The notes: generated by a model not told the origin, from the letters alone. DNA of 64,000 nucleotides from Bacteroidales bacterium (GCA_017464285.1 JAFUDT010000013.1:138962-202961); one strand, 5' to 3'. Positions 51,165 to 61,657 are shown, numbered from the stretch's first letter. Numbers and translations are program-made.

Positions 51165-52391
51165 ATGGGAGACCAGAGATTGAATCCAGACAGCGGCGCC
51201 AAAGGCGGGGAAGCACCCTTGGCCGGCATCCGTCCGGCCGAACGCCTGCAGGAACTGAGCGAATATTACTTCTCGCGCAAACTGCGCGAAATCGCCCGAC
51301 GCAACGAGCAGGGCCAGGACATCATCAGCCTGGGTATCGGCAGTCCCGATTGCCCGCCCAGTGAGGCTGCCATCGCTGTCTTGTGCGAGCAGGCCCGGCG
51401 CAGCGATACGCACGGCTATCAGCCTAACAACGGTACAAAAGAACTCAGACAGGCCTTTGCCGGCTGGTATGACCGCTGGTATGGCATCCGTCTGGACCCG
51501 GAGCGGGAAATCCTGCCTCTGATGGGTTCCAAGGAAGGGGTGCTGCATGTATCGATGGCTTTCCTGAATCCTGGTGACGGAGTGCTGATCCCCAATCCGG
51601 GCTATCCGACCTACCGGGCTGTGAGTAAATTGCTTCAGGCACGCATCGTTGAATATGATCTGGACGAGAACCGCGGCTGGTGGCCCGATTTCGAAGCCTT
51701 GGAAGCCGGCGACCTGAGCGGTGTGAAACTGATGTGGGTCAACTATCCCAACATGCCGACCGGTGCACCGGCCAGCCGTGAACTGTTCGAGGAGCTTGTC
51801 GCCTTCGGCCGCCGTCATGGGATCGTTATCGTACATGACAATCCTTACAGCTTTATCCTGAACGAGCATCCGCTGAGCATCCTCTCGGTCGAGGGAGCGA
51901 GAGACATTGCCATCGAGCTCAACTCGATGAGCAAAGCCCACAACATGCCAGGCTGGCGTCTGGGCATGCTGGCCGCCAATCCCGAGTTCATGTCCTGGAT
52001 CATGAAGGTCATCACCAATATCGAGTCGGGGCAGTTCCGCCCCATGCAACTGGCGGCAGTGCGCGCCTTGCAGGCAGACAAAAGCTGGTATGACGGGATG
52101 AATGCCGTCTATCGCCGGCGCAGAGAACTGGCCGAAGCCATCATGACAGAGTTGGGTTGCCGCTATGATCCGCGTCAGGCGGGAATGTTCCTGTGGGGAC
52201 GTATCCCCGATGACTGCCAGAGTGCCGAGAGCCTATCCGATCGGGTGCTCGACCTGGCCAGGGTTTTTGTCACTCCAGGCTTTATTTTCGGGAGTCGGGG
52301 AGAGCGTTATCTGCGCCTGTCGCTCTGCTGCTCGGAAGAAAAACTCTCGGAGGCACTCAAGCGTATCCGTGAGGCCTTGAAGAGGGGGTAA
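51165..52391 (+). CDS. class I/II PLP-dependent aminotransferase (aromatic/prephenate aminotransferase by context)
   Basis: 408 aa. PLP-lysine context NSMSKAHNMPGWRLG, plus NYPNMPTG. First enzyme gene of the operon with DAHP synthase/CM and prephenate dehydrogenase. Confidence 0.88.
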   Translation: MGDQRLNPDSGAKGGEAPLAGIRPAERLQELSEYYFSRKLREIARRNEQGQDIISLGIGSPDCPPSEAAIAVLCEQARRSDTHGYQPNNGTKELRQAFAGWYDRWYGIRLDPEREILPLMGSKEGVLHVSMAFLNPGDGVLIPNPGYPTYRAVSKLLQARIVEYDLDENRGWWPDFEALEAGDLSGVKLMWVNYPNMPTGAPASRELFEELVAFGRRHGIVIVHDNPYSFILNEHPLSILSVEGARDIAIELNSMSKAHNMPGWRLGMLAANPEFMSWIMKVITNIESGQFRPMQLAAVRALQADKSWYDGMNAVYRRRRELAEAIMTELGCRYDPRQAGMFLWGRIPDDCQSAESLSDRVLDLARVFVTPGFIFGSRGERYLRLSLCCSEEKLSEALKRIREALKRG

Positions 52392-52441
52392 GGTCAAATA
52401 GAACAACCATTCAATAAACACATAGACAAATCTTTCCTACT

Positions 52442-53521
52442 ATGTCAGACATTAAATTCAACAGAGAACTGCTGCCGGGGCTGGATCTGAGCCGTCCGAT
52501 GGTGATTTCAGGACCCTGCAGCGCTGAAACAGAGGAACAAGTAATGACCACTGCCCGTCAGCTGGCAGCGATGGGTGTCAAGATATTCCGGGCCGGCATC
52601 TGGAAGCCGCGTACCCGGCCGGGTGCCTTCGAGGGAGTTGGGGCGGAAGGTTTGTCCTGGCTCAAGCGTGTCAAGCGAGAGACGGGTATGGCCGTCTCTA
52701 CCGAGGTGGCTTCGGCCCAGCATGTCTACAGTGCCCTGAAGGCCGGCGTGGATATGCTCTGGATAGGAGCCCGCACTTCGGTCAATCCCTTTCTGATGCA
52801 GGAAATCGCCGAATCCCTGCAGGGGGTCGATGTCCCTGTCCTGGTGAAAAATCCGGTCAATCCCGACCTGGATCTGTGGACCGGGGCCATCGAACGGCTG
52901 GCCAAGTCGGGTCTGGACAAAATAGGTATCATACACCGTGGTTTCAGCGCCGGCGACAAAACCATCTACCGCAATCATCCCAAATGGCAGGTCCCCATTG
53001 AACTGCACCGCCGTTTCCCCGAACTCCCGATGTTCTGTGATCCCAGTCACATGGGCGGCCGTCGGGAGCTGATTGCTCCTCTTTCGCAGCAGGCCATGGA
53101 TCTCGGTTTTGACGGACTGTTCATCGAGACGCACTGCGACCCGGATAAGGCCTGGAGCGACGCTGCGCAGCAGATAACCCCCGAAGTGCTCAAGCTGATT
53201 CTCTCGACGCTGGTCATCCGTGACGGAGGTAAGCAGCACCTGTCCAAGCTGGCCGAATACCGTACCAGCATCGACGAACTTGACGACAAGCTGGTCGAAC
53301 TGCTGGGCAAGCGTATGGAAGTCTGCCGCGAAATCGGCTGTTTCAAGCGGGACAATAATATGCAGGTGCTGCAGGCCGGCCGCTACAACGAGATCATGGT
53401 CAAACGTCAGCAGCTGGCCCAGTCCATGGGCATCGGGGAAGACTGTGTCCAGAAGATTTTCGAGGCCATCCACGAGGAGTCGGTCCACCAGCAAATGGAA
53501 ATAGTCAACGGAACCAAATAA
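52442..53521 (+). CDS. bifunctional 3-deoxy-7-phosphoheptulonate (DAHP) synthase / chorismate mutase
   Basis: 359 aa. N-terminal type I-beta DAHPS/KDO8PS-like barrel (GPCSAE, FRAGIWKPRT, CDPSH). C-terminal AroQ chorismate mutase helix bundle (IDELDDKLVELLGKRMEVCREIGCFK). Confidence 0.92.
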   Translation: MSDIKFNRELLPGLDLSRPMVISGPCSAETEEQVMTTARQLAAMGVKIFRAGIWKPRTRPGAFEGVGAEGLSWLKRVKRETGMAVSTEVASAQHVYSALKAGVDMLWIGARTSVNPFLMQEIAESLQGVDVPVLVKNPVNPDLDLWTGAIERLAKSGLDKIGIIHRGFSAGDKTIYRNHPKWQVPIELHRRFPELPMFCDPSHMGGRRELIAPLSQQAMDLGFDGLFIETHCDPDKAWSDAAQQITPEVLKLILSTLVIRDGGKQHLSKLAEYRTSIDELDDKLVELLGKRMEVCREIGCFKRDNNMQVLQAGRYNEIMVKRQQLAQSMGIGEDCVQKIFEAIHEESVHQQMEIVNGTK

Positions 53522-53530
53522 CTGAGAACT

Positions 53531-54304
53531 ATGCGTATAGCTATCCTTGGAGCTGGGAAAATGGGCTCCTTCTTTGCCCGCGTGCTCTGTCTGCAGCACG
53601 AAGTGGCGCTTTACGATGCAGACGCATCCCGCCTGGAGGGCTTGGGTTATATCCATCCGCTGCATCAGCTGGAGGAAATCTCCGGTTTTCAGCCCGAGCT
53701 GCTAATTAACGCCGTGACGCTTAAATTCACCTTGGAAGCCTTCTCCCAGGTGCTGCCCTTGCTGCCGGCCGACTGCGTTATCAGTGATATAGCCAGTGTT
53801 AAGACAGGTCTGTCGGACTACTACCGGCAAAGCGGTTTCCGCTATGTCTCTTCTCATCCTATGTTCGGCCCCACTTTTGCCAATCTGGAAAAACTCTCCT
53901 CGGAAAATGCCATTGTCATCACCGAAGGCGACGAGCAGGGCAGGGCCTTTTTCAGGGACCTGTATCTGTCCCTGCATCTGAATCTCTATGAGTACAGTTT
54001 TCAGGAACACGACAGGACGGCCGCCTATTCGCTGTCCATACCTTTTGTCTCGACACTGGTCTTTTCGGCTGTCATGAAACACCAGGATGCTCCCGGTACG
54101 ACTTTCAAGAAACACCTGGACATCGCCAAGGGACTGATGAGCGAAGACGACTACCTGCTGCAGGAGATCCTCTTCAATCCGGAAACACCTGCCCAGATCA
54201 ACCAGATCTGCATCGAACTGCTCACCTTGCAGCAGATTATCCGCGACCGCAATGCCTCGGATATGAAAAACTATCTCAATAAGATACGGAAGAATTTGGA
54301 ATAG
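53531..54304 (+). CDS. tyrA: prephenate dehydrogenase
   Basis: 257 aa. Rossmann start MRIAILGAGKMGSFFA. SHPMFGP motif. Confidence 0.88.
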   Translation: MRIAILGAGKMGSFFARVLCLQHEVALYDADASRLEGLGYIHPLHQLEEISGFQPELLINAVTLKFTLEAFSQVLPLLPADCVISDIASVKTGLSDYYRQSGFRYVSSHPMFGPTFANLEKLSSENAIVITEGDEQGRAFFRDLYLSLHLNLYEYSFQEHDRTAAYSLSIPFVSTLVFSAVMKHQDAPGTTFKKHLDIAKGLMSEDDYLLQEILFNPETPAQINQICIELLTLQQIIRDRNASDMKNYLNKIRKNLE

Positions 54305-54427
54305 CCGCCCGAAAGCCTTATTTTCGCACTTTCATGAGATTTGAGGCATGAAACATGCCCTCCCGGCCGGGCTGTCTTCGGAAGGCCGGGCTGTGAATGA
54401 ATCCGGACAGTTGAATGTGAGTGCCAT

Positions 54428-55174
54428 ATGAGATTTTTAGGACTGATTCCCGCCAGATACGCTTCAACCCGTTTTCCGGGGAAGCCCCTGGCCGACATCG
54501 GCGGCAAGCCGATGATCCGCAGAGTGTATGAACAGGTGTGCGGTTGCCTGGACGCGGTGTGCGTGGCGACAGACGATGAGCGTATTTTCAAGGCTGTCGA
54601 AGATTTCGGCGGCAGGGTCGTGATGACCTCCGAGGCTCACCGCAGCGGCACGGACCGCTGTGCTGAGGCCATGGAAAAGTTGCCCGGCGATTTTGACGTC
54701 ATTATCAATATTCAGGGGGACGAACCCTTTGTCCGTCCCTCTCAGATTGCTCAGCTGAAAGCCTGCTTTGATTCTCCGCAGACAGAGATTGCCACACTGG
54801 TAAGGGCTTTTCGCCCGGAAGAAGGACTGGAGGCCCTGATGAATCCCAATTCGCCAAAGGTGGTGCTCAACAGCCGGGGAGAGGCTATGTATTTCAGCCG
54901 CTCGGTGATTCCTTTCCTGCGCCGCCTTCCACAGGAGGAGTGGCTGCAGACTCATGTCTTCTACAAGCATATCGGTATCTATGCTTATCGGCGAGACGTG
55001 CTCTCCCGTCTGGCGGCCCTGCCTCAGACTCCGCTCGAACAGGCCGAATCGCTGGAGCAGTTGCGCTGGATTGAGAGCGGCTACCGTATCCGCGTGGCGC
55101 TGACCGAAAGTGAGAACCTGGCAGTCGACACCCCCGAGGATCTGCAGCGAATATTGGCCAGCGGCCTGCTGTAA
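54428..55174 (+). CDS. kdsB: 3-deoxy-manno-octulosonate cytidylyltransferase (CMP-KDO synthetase)
   Basis: MRFLGLIPARYASTRFPGKPLADIGGKPMI, and NIQGDEPF. Confidence 0.95.
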   Translation: MRFLGLIPARYASTRFPGKPLADIGGKPMIRRVYEQVCGCLDAVCVATDDERIFKAVEDFGGRVVMTSEAHRSGTDRCAEAMEKLPGDFDVIINIQGDEPFVRPSQIAQLKACFDSPQTEIATLVRAFRPEEGLEALMNPNSPKVVLNSRGEAMYFSRSVIPFLRRLPQEEWLQTHVFYKHIGIYAYRRDVLSRLAALPQTPLEQAESLEQLRWIESGYRIRVALTESENLAVDTPEDLQRILASGLL

Positions 55175-55189
55175 TCGCTTTGCTTCCCC

Positions 55190-56686
55190 ATGAAAAAACT
55201 GATAGAATTGCAGAATGCCGTACCGCGGCTGCCGCACATGAGGCTGGCCGCTCCGGTCGATTTTGCCTTGTCGGAAGGGGAGCATGTGGCCGTTACCGGA
55301 CTGAATGCTTCGGGCAAGACCCTGCTGGTCAATATGCTCACGGGTAAGTCTCTGCTGGCCCGGGGCAGCGCCCTTTTTCACCGGGCCCAGGCCATACGTT
55401 ACCTGCCATTTCGCGATGCTTACGGCACATCCGATGCCGGCTACTACTATCAGCAGCGTTGGAATATGGGCGATCAGGGAGAACTCACTGTGGTGAGTGA
55501 CAGCCTGGGGCTGTGCACCGATGCCGGGTTACGTGATGAACTGATTCAATTATTTGATTTCAAGGAACTTATTGATAAGCCTCTGATTTATCTTTCGAGT
55601 GGCGAATTGCGTAAGTTTCAATTGATGAAGGCTCTATTCGCAGATCCGGAGGTCCTGATATTGGACAATCCGTATATAGGGTTGGACGCTGCGACTCGCC
55701 AGTCGCTCACCGAGCTGCTCGAACGCCTGGCCCGGCGCAGACATCTCAGTCTGGTTCTGGTCACGCCCTTGCTGGATGACATCCCCCGGTTCGTCACACA
55801 CGTCTACGTGATGAAGGACCTGGTCTGTCTGCCGCGCATGACACGCGCGGCCTATTTGGACAGCCTGGATATGTCGTGTTATGAACGTCCCCTCGAGCGG
55901 GAAAAGCAGGAGGCTATTCTGGCCCTCCCGGCTTCAGAGTCCCTGTCCGTGCTTTCACCTGAGGGTCTCCTTTTCCCCGTGGTCAGGATGGAGCAGGTCA
56001 GTCTTCGTTACGGCCGGCGTACCATCTTGCAGGACATCGACTGGGAAATTGCTTCCGGGGAGCGCTGGGCCCTGTCGGGCGAGAACGGCGCCGGAAAATC
56101 CGCTCTGCTCAGCCTGGTCTGTGCCGACAATCCGCAGGCCTACGCCTGCCGCCTGTCGCTTTTCGGCCGGAGACGGGGCAGCGGAGAAAGTATCTGGGAG
56201 ATAAAGAAACATATCGGCTATATCAGTCCGGAAATGCACCGGGCCTACATGAAGAACTGTCCGGCCGTGGATATCGTGGCCAGCGGACTGCACGACAGCA
56301 TCGGCCTGTATGTGCGTCCGCACGCACAGGATTACAGAATTTGCGATTTCTGGATGAACATCTTTGATATCGCCCCCCTCAGGGACCGTCCTTTCCTGGA
56401 GCTCTCCAGTGGTGAGCAACGGCTCTGCCTGCTGGCGAGGGCTTTTGTCAAGGATCCGGCCCTGCTGGTACTTGACGAGCCTCTGCACGGGTTGGATACT
56501 GTCTGCCGTCAGCGTGTCCGCAGCATCATCGAGTGCTTTTGCCGCCGGCCGGGCAAGACCCTGGTCATGGCCTCGCACTACCGCGAAGAATTGCCTGAGG
56601 GCATACAGAAGGAGCTGACACTGGCCAAGGACCATTCCTATCATATCGGCCCCTGGGAGGGCCTCATGGCTGGAAAAGTACAATAA
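55190..56686 (+). CDS. ABC ATPase with two nucleotide-binding domains (ModF-like, no permease partner)
   Basis: 498 aa. Walker A GLNASGKTLL and GENGAGKSALL. Signatures LSSGELRKF and LSSGEQRLC. Walker B ILDNPYIGLD and LVLDEPLHGLD. Confidence 0.88.
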   Translation: MKKLIELQNAVPRLPHMRLAAPVDFALSEGEHVAVTGLNASGKTLLVNMLTGKSLLARGSALFHRAQAIRYLPFRDAYGTSDAGYYYQQRWNMGDQGELTVVSDSLGLCTDAGLRDELIQLFDFKELIDKPLIYLSSGELRKFQLMKALFADPEVLILDNPYIGLDAATRQSLTELLERLARRRHLSLVLVTPLLDDIPRFVTHVYVMKDLVCLPRMTRAAYLDSLDMSCYERPLEREKQEAILALPASESLSVLSPEGLLFPVVRMEQVSLRYGRRTILQDIDWEIASGERWALSGENGAGKSALLSLVCADNPQAYACRLSLFGRRRGSGESIWEIKKHIGYISPEMHRAYMKNCPAVDIVASGLHDSIGLYVRPHAQDYRICDFWMNIFDIAPLRDRPFLELSSGEQRLCLLARAFVKDPALLVLDEPLHGLDTVCRQRVRSIIECFCRRPGKTLVMASHYREELPEGIQKELTLAKDHSYHIGPWEGLMAGKVQ

Positions 56687-56690
56687 ATAA

Positions 56691-58013
56691 TTGAAAAATG
56701 GCGTTATTAATTATATGACGGACAGAACGCATCCCCCTATGCTTCAAGCCCTGGAAAATGTGGATATTCCCGAGCTGAACCGCCTCTTGCTGCCGGGCGG
56801 CGTCGAGGTGGACTATCTTGACACCGGCTGCCGGAATCTGGTTCGGGTAGACCTCATGTGCCGTGCCGGAGCTCTCTTTCAGCCGCGACCGCTGGTGGCC
56901 ATGCTGACCAATCTCTTGCTCAAGGAGGGCTGCCGGGGTATGTCTTCGGCCGAGATAGCGGAAAAGTTCGATTCCTTCGGCGCCTTTCTGTACTGCTCCA
57001 GCGGCATGGAATACACCTACGTCAATCTGTGTACGACCAGGAAGTTCTACCGACAGACCCTTACACTGCTGCGTGACATCTGGCAGAGCCCGACCTTTCC
57101 GGAGCATGACCTGAAGGTGGTGCTTGAGCAGCGCTACCAGCAGATGATAATCGACCGCCGGAAGGTCAAGGTCATGTCGTCGCTCAAAATGAACGAACTG
57201 CTTTTCGGGCCTTCCCATCCTTACGGCCGTGCCTTGGAAGAAGCCGACTTCGAACATTTCGACCGGGGGCTGCTGGCCGATTTCCACGCCCGTTATTACG
57301 GACCTGGACGTACACGTCTGGTACTGACGGGCGATGTGGATCAGGAGGTACTTGATATAACCGGGCAGGTTTTCGGCCTGCACGGCGTCGGTACAGCCTC
57401 GGTGCAGGATGACACTCAGGACTATCCCCTGGCGCAGCCGTCGGCCTCTCACCGCTGTTTCCTGCCCAAGGCGGACAGCCTGCAGGCTTCTGTCCGTTTT
57501 TCCCTGCCGACAGTGGGACAGGAGCATCCCGACTTTATGGGACTGAAGGTGCTCAATGCCCTGTTGGGAGGCTATTTCGGCAGTCGCCTGATGGCGACTG
57601 TCAGGGAGGAAAAGGGCTATACTTACGGCATTTTCTCGACGCATACGGTCTACCGGAAAGATTCTTACATCGACATTGAGACCCAGACGGCCCTGGAATA
57701 TGTGCCGGCCCTGATCGAGGCTGTTTTCCAGGAGATGGACAAACTGAAAAAGGAGCCTGCCGGGGCAGAGGAGATGCAGCTGCTGCGCAACTATCTCTCG
57801 GGCGAGTATGCCCGCATGATGGATGGTCCCTTTGCCCTGTCCGACCTTTATATAGCTGCCGAATCGGTAGGCATGGACATGACCGGCTACCGTCGTCAGC
57901 TCGAGGTGATGAACCGTATCAGTGCGGAAGAACTGCAGGATCTGGCCCGCCGCTATTTCCACGAGGATGATTTTTACCTGGTGGTGGCGGGCGGCACCCA
58001 GTCTCCCTTTTGA
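56691..58013 (+). CDS. M16 (pitrilysin/insulinase) family protein, apparently non-catalytic
   Basis: 440 aa (TTG 56691; alternative in-frame ATG 56715). Two-lobe M16 pattern (LNALLGGYFGSRLMATVREEKGYTYG). The HxxEH zinc site is replaced by a ...MLTNLLLKEG context. Confidence 0.78.
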   Translation: MKNGVINYMTDRTHPPMLQALENVDIPELNRLLLPGGVEVDYLDTGCRNLVRVDLMCRAGALFQPRPLVAMLTNLLLKEGCRGMSSAEIAEKFDSFGAFLYCSSGMEYTYVNLCTTRKFYRQTLTLLRDIWQSPTFPEHDLKVVLEQRYQQMIIDRRKVKVMSSLKMNELLFGPSHPYGRALEEADFEHFDRGLLADFHARYYGPGRTRLVLTGDVDQEVLDITGQVFGLHGVGTASVQDDTQDYPLAQPSASHRCFLPKADSLQASVRFSLPTVGQEHPDFMGLKVLNALLGGYFGSRLMATVREEKGYTYGIFSTHTVYRKDSYIDIETQTALEYVPALIEAVFQEMDKLKKEPAGAEEMQLLRNYLSGEYARMMDGPFALSDLYIAAESVGMDMTGYRRQLEVMNRISAEELQDLARRYFHEDDFYLVVAGGTQSPF

Positions 58014-58025
58014 TTTTCGACCCTC

Positions 58026-59519
58026 ATGGAAAAGCAGGAGCATTCATACGGACAGATTGTGAAGTCCACCGGCATTTTCGGCGGATCGCAGGTCTTCAAC
58101 CTTCTGCTGGGCATCGTGCGCAACAAACTGGTCTCAGTACTGCTGGGACCGGCTGGTGTGGGTATCATCGGTCTGTATCAGTCTGTCATCGACACGGTCC
58201 GTTCGGCGACCGACCTGGGGCTGAGCTTCAGTTCGGTCAGGGATATGTCCTCTGCTGCCGCTTCGGGTGACCGGATCAGGATGGCACGCACGGCCAAGGT
58301 GCTGAGGCGTTGGATTCTCTTCACCTCGGTTTTCGGTGCGGCATTCACCCTGGTGTTTTCCAGGCAGATCAGCCGGCTGGCCTTCCAGGATACGAAGCAT
58401 GTCTTTGCTATCTGCCTGCTGTCGGTCTGCGTGCTGATGTCCTCCCTGTCGGCCGGTCAGCGTGCCCTGCTGCAGGGAATGCGCTGCATCGGTGATATGG
58501 CGAAGGCTTCGGTCATCGGCAGCGGCCTGTCCTGTGTTGTGGCAGTGGCGCTCTATTACTTTTTCGGGCAGAAGGGTATTATCCCGGCTTTCCTGGCAAC
58601 TGGTCTGATTATGCTGCTCTGCAGCTCCTGGTATGCTCTGCGGCTGAAATTCGGCCATGTCTCCCTGACAATCAGAGAAACACTTCTGCACGGCCGGGGG
58701 ATGGTGACACTGGGCTGCTACAGCATGGCCGTCGGTCTGGTCAGTTCCTTGTTCGCCCTGCTTATCCGCAGCCTGATCGAACAATGGTCGGATTTGAGTA
58801 CTGTCGGCCTGTTCCAGTCCTCGAACAGTATCGCCGCCACTGCCTTGTCGTCGATATTCGCGGCCATGGCCGCCGATTACTACCCGCGGCTCTGCAGCGT
58901 GGGTAGCGACAAATTGCGCATGAGCCGCTATGTCAACGAACAGATGCGGGTGGCCATGCTGCTCTCTGCTCCGGTATTGGTACTCATGCTGGTGCTGGCT
59001 CCCTGGATTCTGCGGATATTCTGTTCGGGAGAATTTGTCCAGGCCCGGGATCTGCTGCGCTGGCAGCTGCTGGGCTGTTTCCTGAAAGTGCTCAACTGGC
59101 CCTTGGGCTATGTCCCGCTGAGTAAGGGCAAAGGGTTGGTCTTCATGCTCACCGAGCTGCTTTGGCACGCTCTGTATCTGGGACTGAGCTGTCTGCTCTG
59201 GCCCCTGGACGGGCTGGAAGGCATCGGCATGGCATACTTGGGAGCCCATCTTCTCTATACGGTGGTCATGCTGTTTGTCGTCAGAAAGATGTGCGATTTC
59301 CGCCTGTCGTCCTACAACCTTGTCCTGGGCCTGGTGACAGGGCTGCTGACCCTGCTGGCCTTCCTCCTGCCCCTGACAGGACTGCGCCTCTGTTGGCAAT
59401 ACCTCCTCTCGGGGCTGATTCTTGCCGTCACGGGAGCCGTGTCGCTGCGTGAACTGAACCGGATATGGCCCTTGAAGGATCATCTGGGCCACTGCCTGCA
59501 AAAATTGCGTTCCAACTAA
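58026..59519 (+). CDS. Wzx-type oligosaccharide flippase (MOP superfamily)
   Basis: 497 aa. About 12 or more TM helices. N-terminal GQIVKSTGIFGGSQVFNLLLGIVRNKLVSVLLGPAGVGIIGLYQS is typical of O-antigen/capsule translocases. Confidence 0.85.
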   Translation: MEKQEHSYGQIVKSTGIFGGSQVFNLLLGIVRNKLVSVLLGPAGVGIIGLYQSVIDTVRSATDLGLSFSSVRDMSSAAASGDRIRMARTAKVLRRWILFTSVFGAAFTLVFSRQISRLAFQDTKHVFAICLLSVCVLMSSLSAGQRALLQGMRCIGDMAKASVIGSGLSCVVAVALYYFFGQKGIIPAFLATGLIMLLCSSWYALRLKFGHVSLTIRETLLHGRGMVTLGCYSMAVGLVSSLFALLIRSLIEQWSDLSTVGLFQSSNSIAATALSSIFAAMAADYYPRLCSVGSDKLRMSRYVNEQMRVAMLLSAPVLVLMLVLAPWILRIFCSGEFVQARDLLRWQLLGCFLKVLNWPLGYVPLSKGKGLVFMLTELLWHALYLGLSCLLWPLDGLEGIGMAYLGAHLLYTVVMLFVVRKMCDFRLSSYNLVLGLVTGLLTLLAFLLPLTGLRLCWQYLLSGLILAVTGAVSLRELNRIWPLKDHLGHCLQKLRSN

Positions 59520-59525
59520 AAGCCT

Positions 59526-60485
59526 ATGAACAAGCCATTGGTATCGGTTATTGTCCTGACATACAATCAACAGGATTATATCGCCCGCAATCTGGACGCC
59601 ATCCTCTCTCAGGAAGTCGGCTTCGACTATGAAATCGTGCTGGGTGAGGATGCCTCGCAGGACCGCACGGCCGATATATGCCGCGAGTATCAGGCCCGCT
59701 ATCCCGACCGGATAGTCCTGCAGCTCAATGAGCAGAACAAGGGGCTGGTGCGCAACTATGCCGACTGTGTGCGCATGAGCCGTGGCAAGTACATCGCCGA
59801 CTGCGGAGGAGACGACTATTGGCTGGATCCCTGTAAAATGCAGCGCGAAGTGGACATGCTGGAACGTCACCCTTCCCTGAGCCTGGTGTATGCCAATTAC
59901 CGGAACTATCACCAGCAGACAGGAATCTTTGACCGTCCCCATGCGGAGTTCGGTGAAGATATCCTTGATTTGGAAGACTACGGTCCCCAGACGGCTGCCC
60001 GTTTCCTGGACGGCTGCTGGAATCCGCCCATCGTCCTGTCGGCCGCCTGCTACCGCAAAAGTATGCTGGAAGAGGTCTGGCAGCAGCATCCCGACCTGTT
60101 TGAAGGGGAGGGCTGTGTGGCCGAGGATATTCCCGTAACGGCGATTCTGCTCAGCCGGGGGCCGGCCTGCTATCTGGCCCATGACCATCTGGTCTATCGG
60201 GTGCTGGACGAATCACTGAGTCATTCCGGAAATCAGACACGCTACTACCGTTTTGCGGTGGATTGTTTCTTCCAGAGGATGCAGGTGGCTGAATATCTTG
60301 GAATTAAACATGAAAGCCTAAAGCATGCTCTTCAGTGCTGGCATGCCGATTACCTGCATTATGCCTTCCTGCATCGGGACGGCCTTATGGCACAGCGGCT
60401 GGCCGAAGCCATAGCCCGTGTGGGCTACGAGCCCTCCTGTAAAGAGAAACTGAAATACGCTTTTTTGAAACGCTTCGGAAAATGA
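59526..60485 (+). CDS. glycosyltransferase family 2
   Basis: VSVIVLTYNQQDYIARNLDAILSQ, EIVLGEDASQDRT, and DXD-type CGGDDYW. Confidence 0.9.
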   Translation: MNKPLVSVIVLTYNQQDYIARNLDAILSQEVGFDYEIVLGEDASQDRTADICREYQARYPDRIVLQLNEQNKGLVRNYADCVRMSRGKYIADCGGDDYWLDPCKMQREVDMLERHPSLSLVYANYRNYHQQTGIFDRPHAEFGEDILDLEDYGPQTAARFLDGCWNPPIVLSAACYRKSMLEEVWQQHPDLFEGEGCVAEDIPVTAILLSRGPACYLAHDHLVYRVLDESLSHSGNQTRYYRFAVDCFFQRMQVAEYLGIKHESLKHALQCWHADYLHYAFLHRDGLMAQRLAEAIARVGYEPSCKEKLKYAFLKRFGK

Positions 60486-61657
60486 AGGAAGGTCTGTACA
60501 ACATACTGATAGTGCTCAACGCATTTCCGGCCTTAGGCGGCGTGGCCAAGGTCAGCCGTCTGCTGGCCGCCCGCTGGCAGGAGCAGGGGCATCGCGTCGA
60601 TATACTCTCCCTGAAAGCCGAAGCCGGCGCTGAAGCCGGCGGTTTTACCGGGCGTTGCCTTTATCTGCCCGACAGACAGGACGCAGACAGTCCGGCCAAC
60701 CGGGAGTTTATCCGTCGGCTGGTGCTGGAGGAGGATTATCAGATCATCGTCAATCAAGGCACAGTCTCTTCTGTCTTCCTGGATTTCATCGGTGACAGGG
60801 AGCATCGGGTGGTCAATGTCCTTCACGGCTGTCCTGCCTGGCTGCCACAACGGGCGCGGCACATGAGTTTCGTTCGGCAGGTCTGGCCCTCTCACAGTCT
60901 GAGAATGTGGCTGCGCTATGCCTTTGTCAAGTGTCTGCCTTTCCTGTCAGACAGGCGTGTCAAGAATCGTCTGAAAACCGAAATCGAGGCTTCGTCGGCC
61001 TATGTAGTCCTGACCGACAGCTACAAACGACAGATAGAAAAGTGGTTCTACGGCGGCGTGCCGCAAGACCGTATCCGGGTGATACCCAACCCTGTGCCCC
61101 CTGTGTCCGAACCGAAAGACCAAGGGCCGGCAGTGCTCTACGCCGGTCGCTACACCAAGGCAGACAAGCATCCGGAACGTTTGCTCCATATCTGGCAGCA
61201 AGTCGGCCCCAGCCATCCCGACTGGAGGCTGTGCTTCTGTGGCGAAGGTCCGCAGGAGCAGTCTTTACGCCGGCTGGCCCGTCGTCTGCGACTGACCCGG
61301 GTCGATTTCCTGCCGCCCTGCTGGGATGACAGCCTCTATGAGGGATGTTCACTGCTATGCCAGACCTCCTCTTATGAAGGCATGAGCCTGGCGGTGCTGG
61401 AAGCGCAGGCGGCCGGGGTGGTGCCGGTGGTCTTCGACAGCGGCCCCTGGCTGCAGATCGCCACTGTCCCCGGACAGACGGCCGTGGTGGTGCCGGCCTT
61501 CGATCTGAAGGCTTTTGCCCGAGAACTGTCGTCTCTGATGGAAGATGCAGGACGTCGGGCGCAGATGGCCCGGGAGGGCCGCAGGCATGTCGTCCGTTTT
61601 GATCCCGCTGCCATCGCCGCCCGTTGGACTGAATTGTTCAAATCTTTGCCACTATGA
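60482..61657 (+). CDS. glycosyltransferase family 4 (GT-B, retaining type)
   Basis: 391 aa. C-terminal EX7E region SSYEGMSLAVLEAQAAGVVPVV. ATGA overlaps with both neighbours. Confidence 0.87.
   Translation: MKEGLYNILIVLNAFPALGGVAKVSRLLAARWQEQGHRVDILSLKAEAGAEAGGFTGRCLYLPDRQDADSPANREFIRRLVLEEDYQIIVNQGTVSSVFLDFIGDREHRVVNVLHGCPAWLPQRARHMSFVRQVWPSHSLRMWLRYAFVKCLPFLSDRRVKNRLKTEIEASSAYVVLTDSYKRQIEKWFYGGVPQDRIRVIPNPVPPVSEPKDQGPAVLYAGRYTKADKHPERLLHIWQQVGPSHPDWRLCFCGEGPQEQSLRRLARRLRLTRVDFLPPCWDDSLYEGCSLLCQTSSYEGMSLAVLEAQAAGVVPVVFDSGPWLQIATVPGQTAVVVPAFDLKAFARELSSLMEDAGRRAQMAREGRRHVVRFDPAAIAARWTELFKSLPL

Noticed and set aside
51048-52049. 333-aa minus-strand ORF overlapping the leader/terminator region and the aminotransferase gene.
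   Set aside because: It is antisense to a gene with a PLP-lysine motif and has no motifs of its own. It would also run through the T8 terminator.
58134-60188. 684-aa minus-strand ORF spanning the flippase and GT2 genes.
   Set aside because: It crosses the boundary between two well-supported + strand genes, is Gln/His/Gly/Arg-rich and has no family features. It is an antisense artefact.
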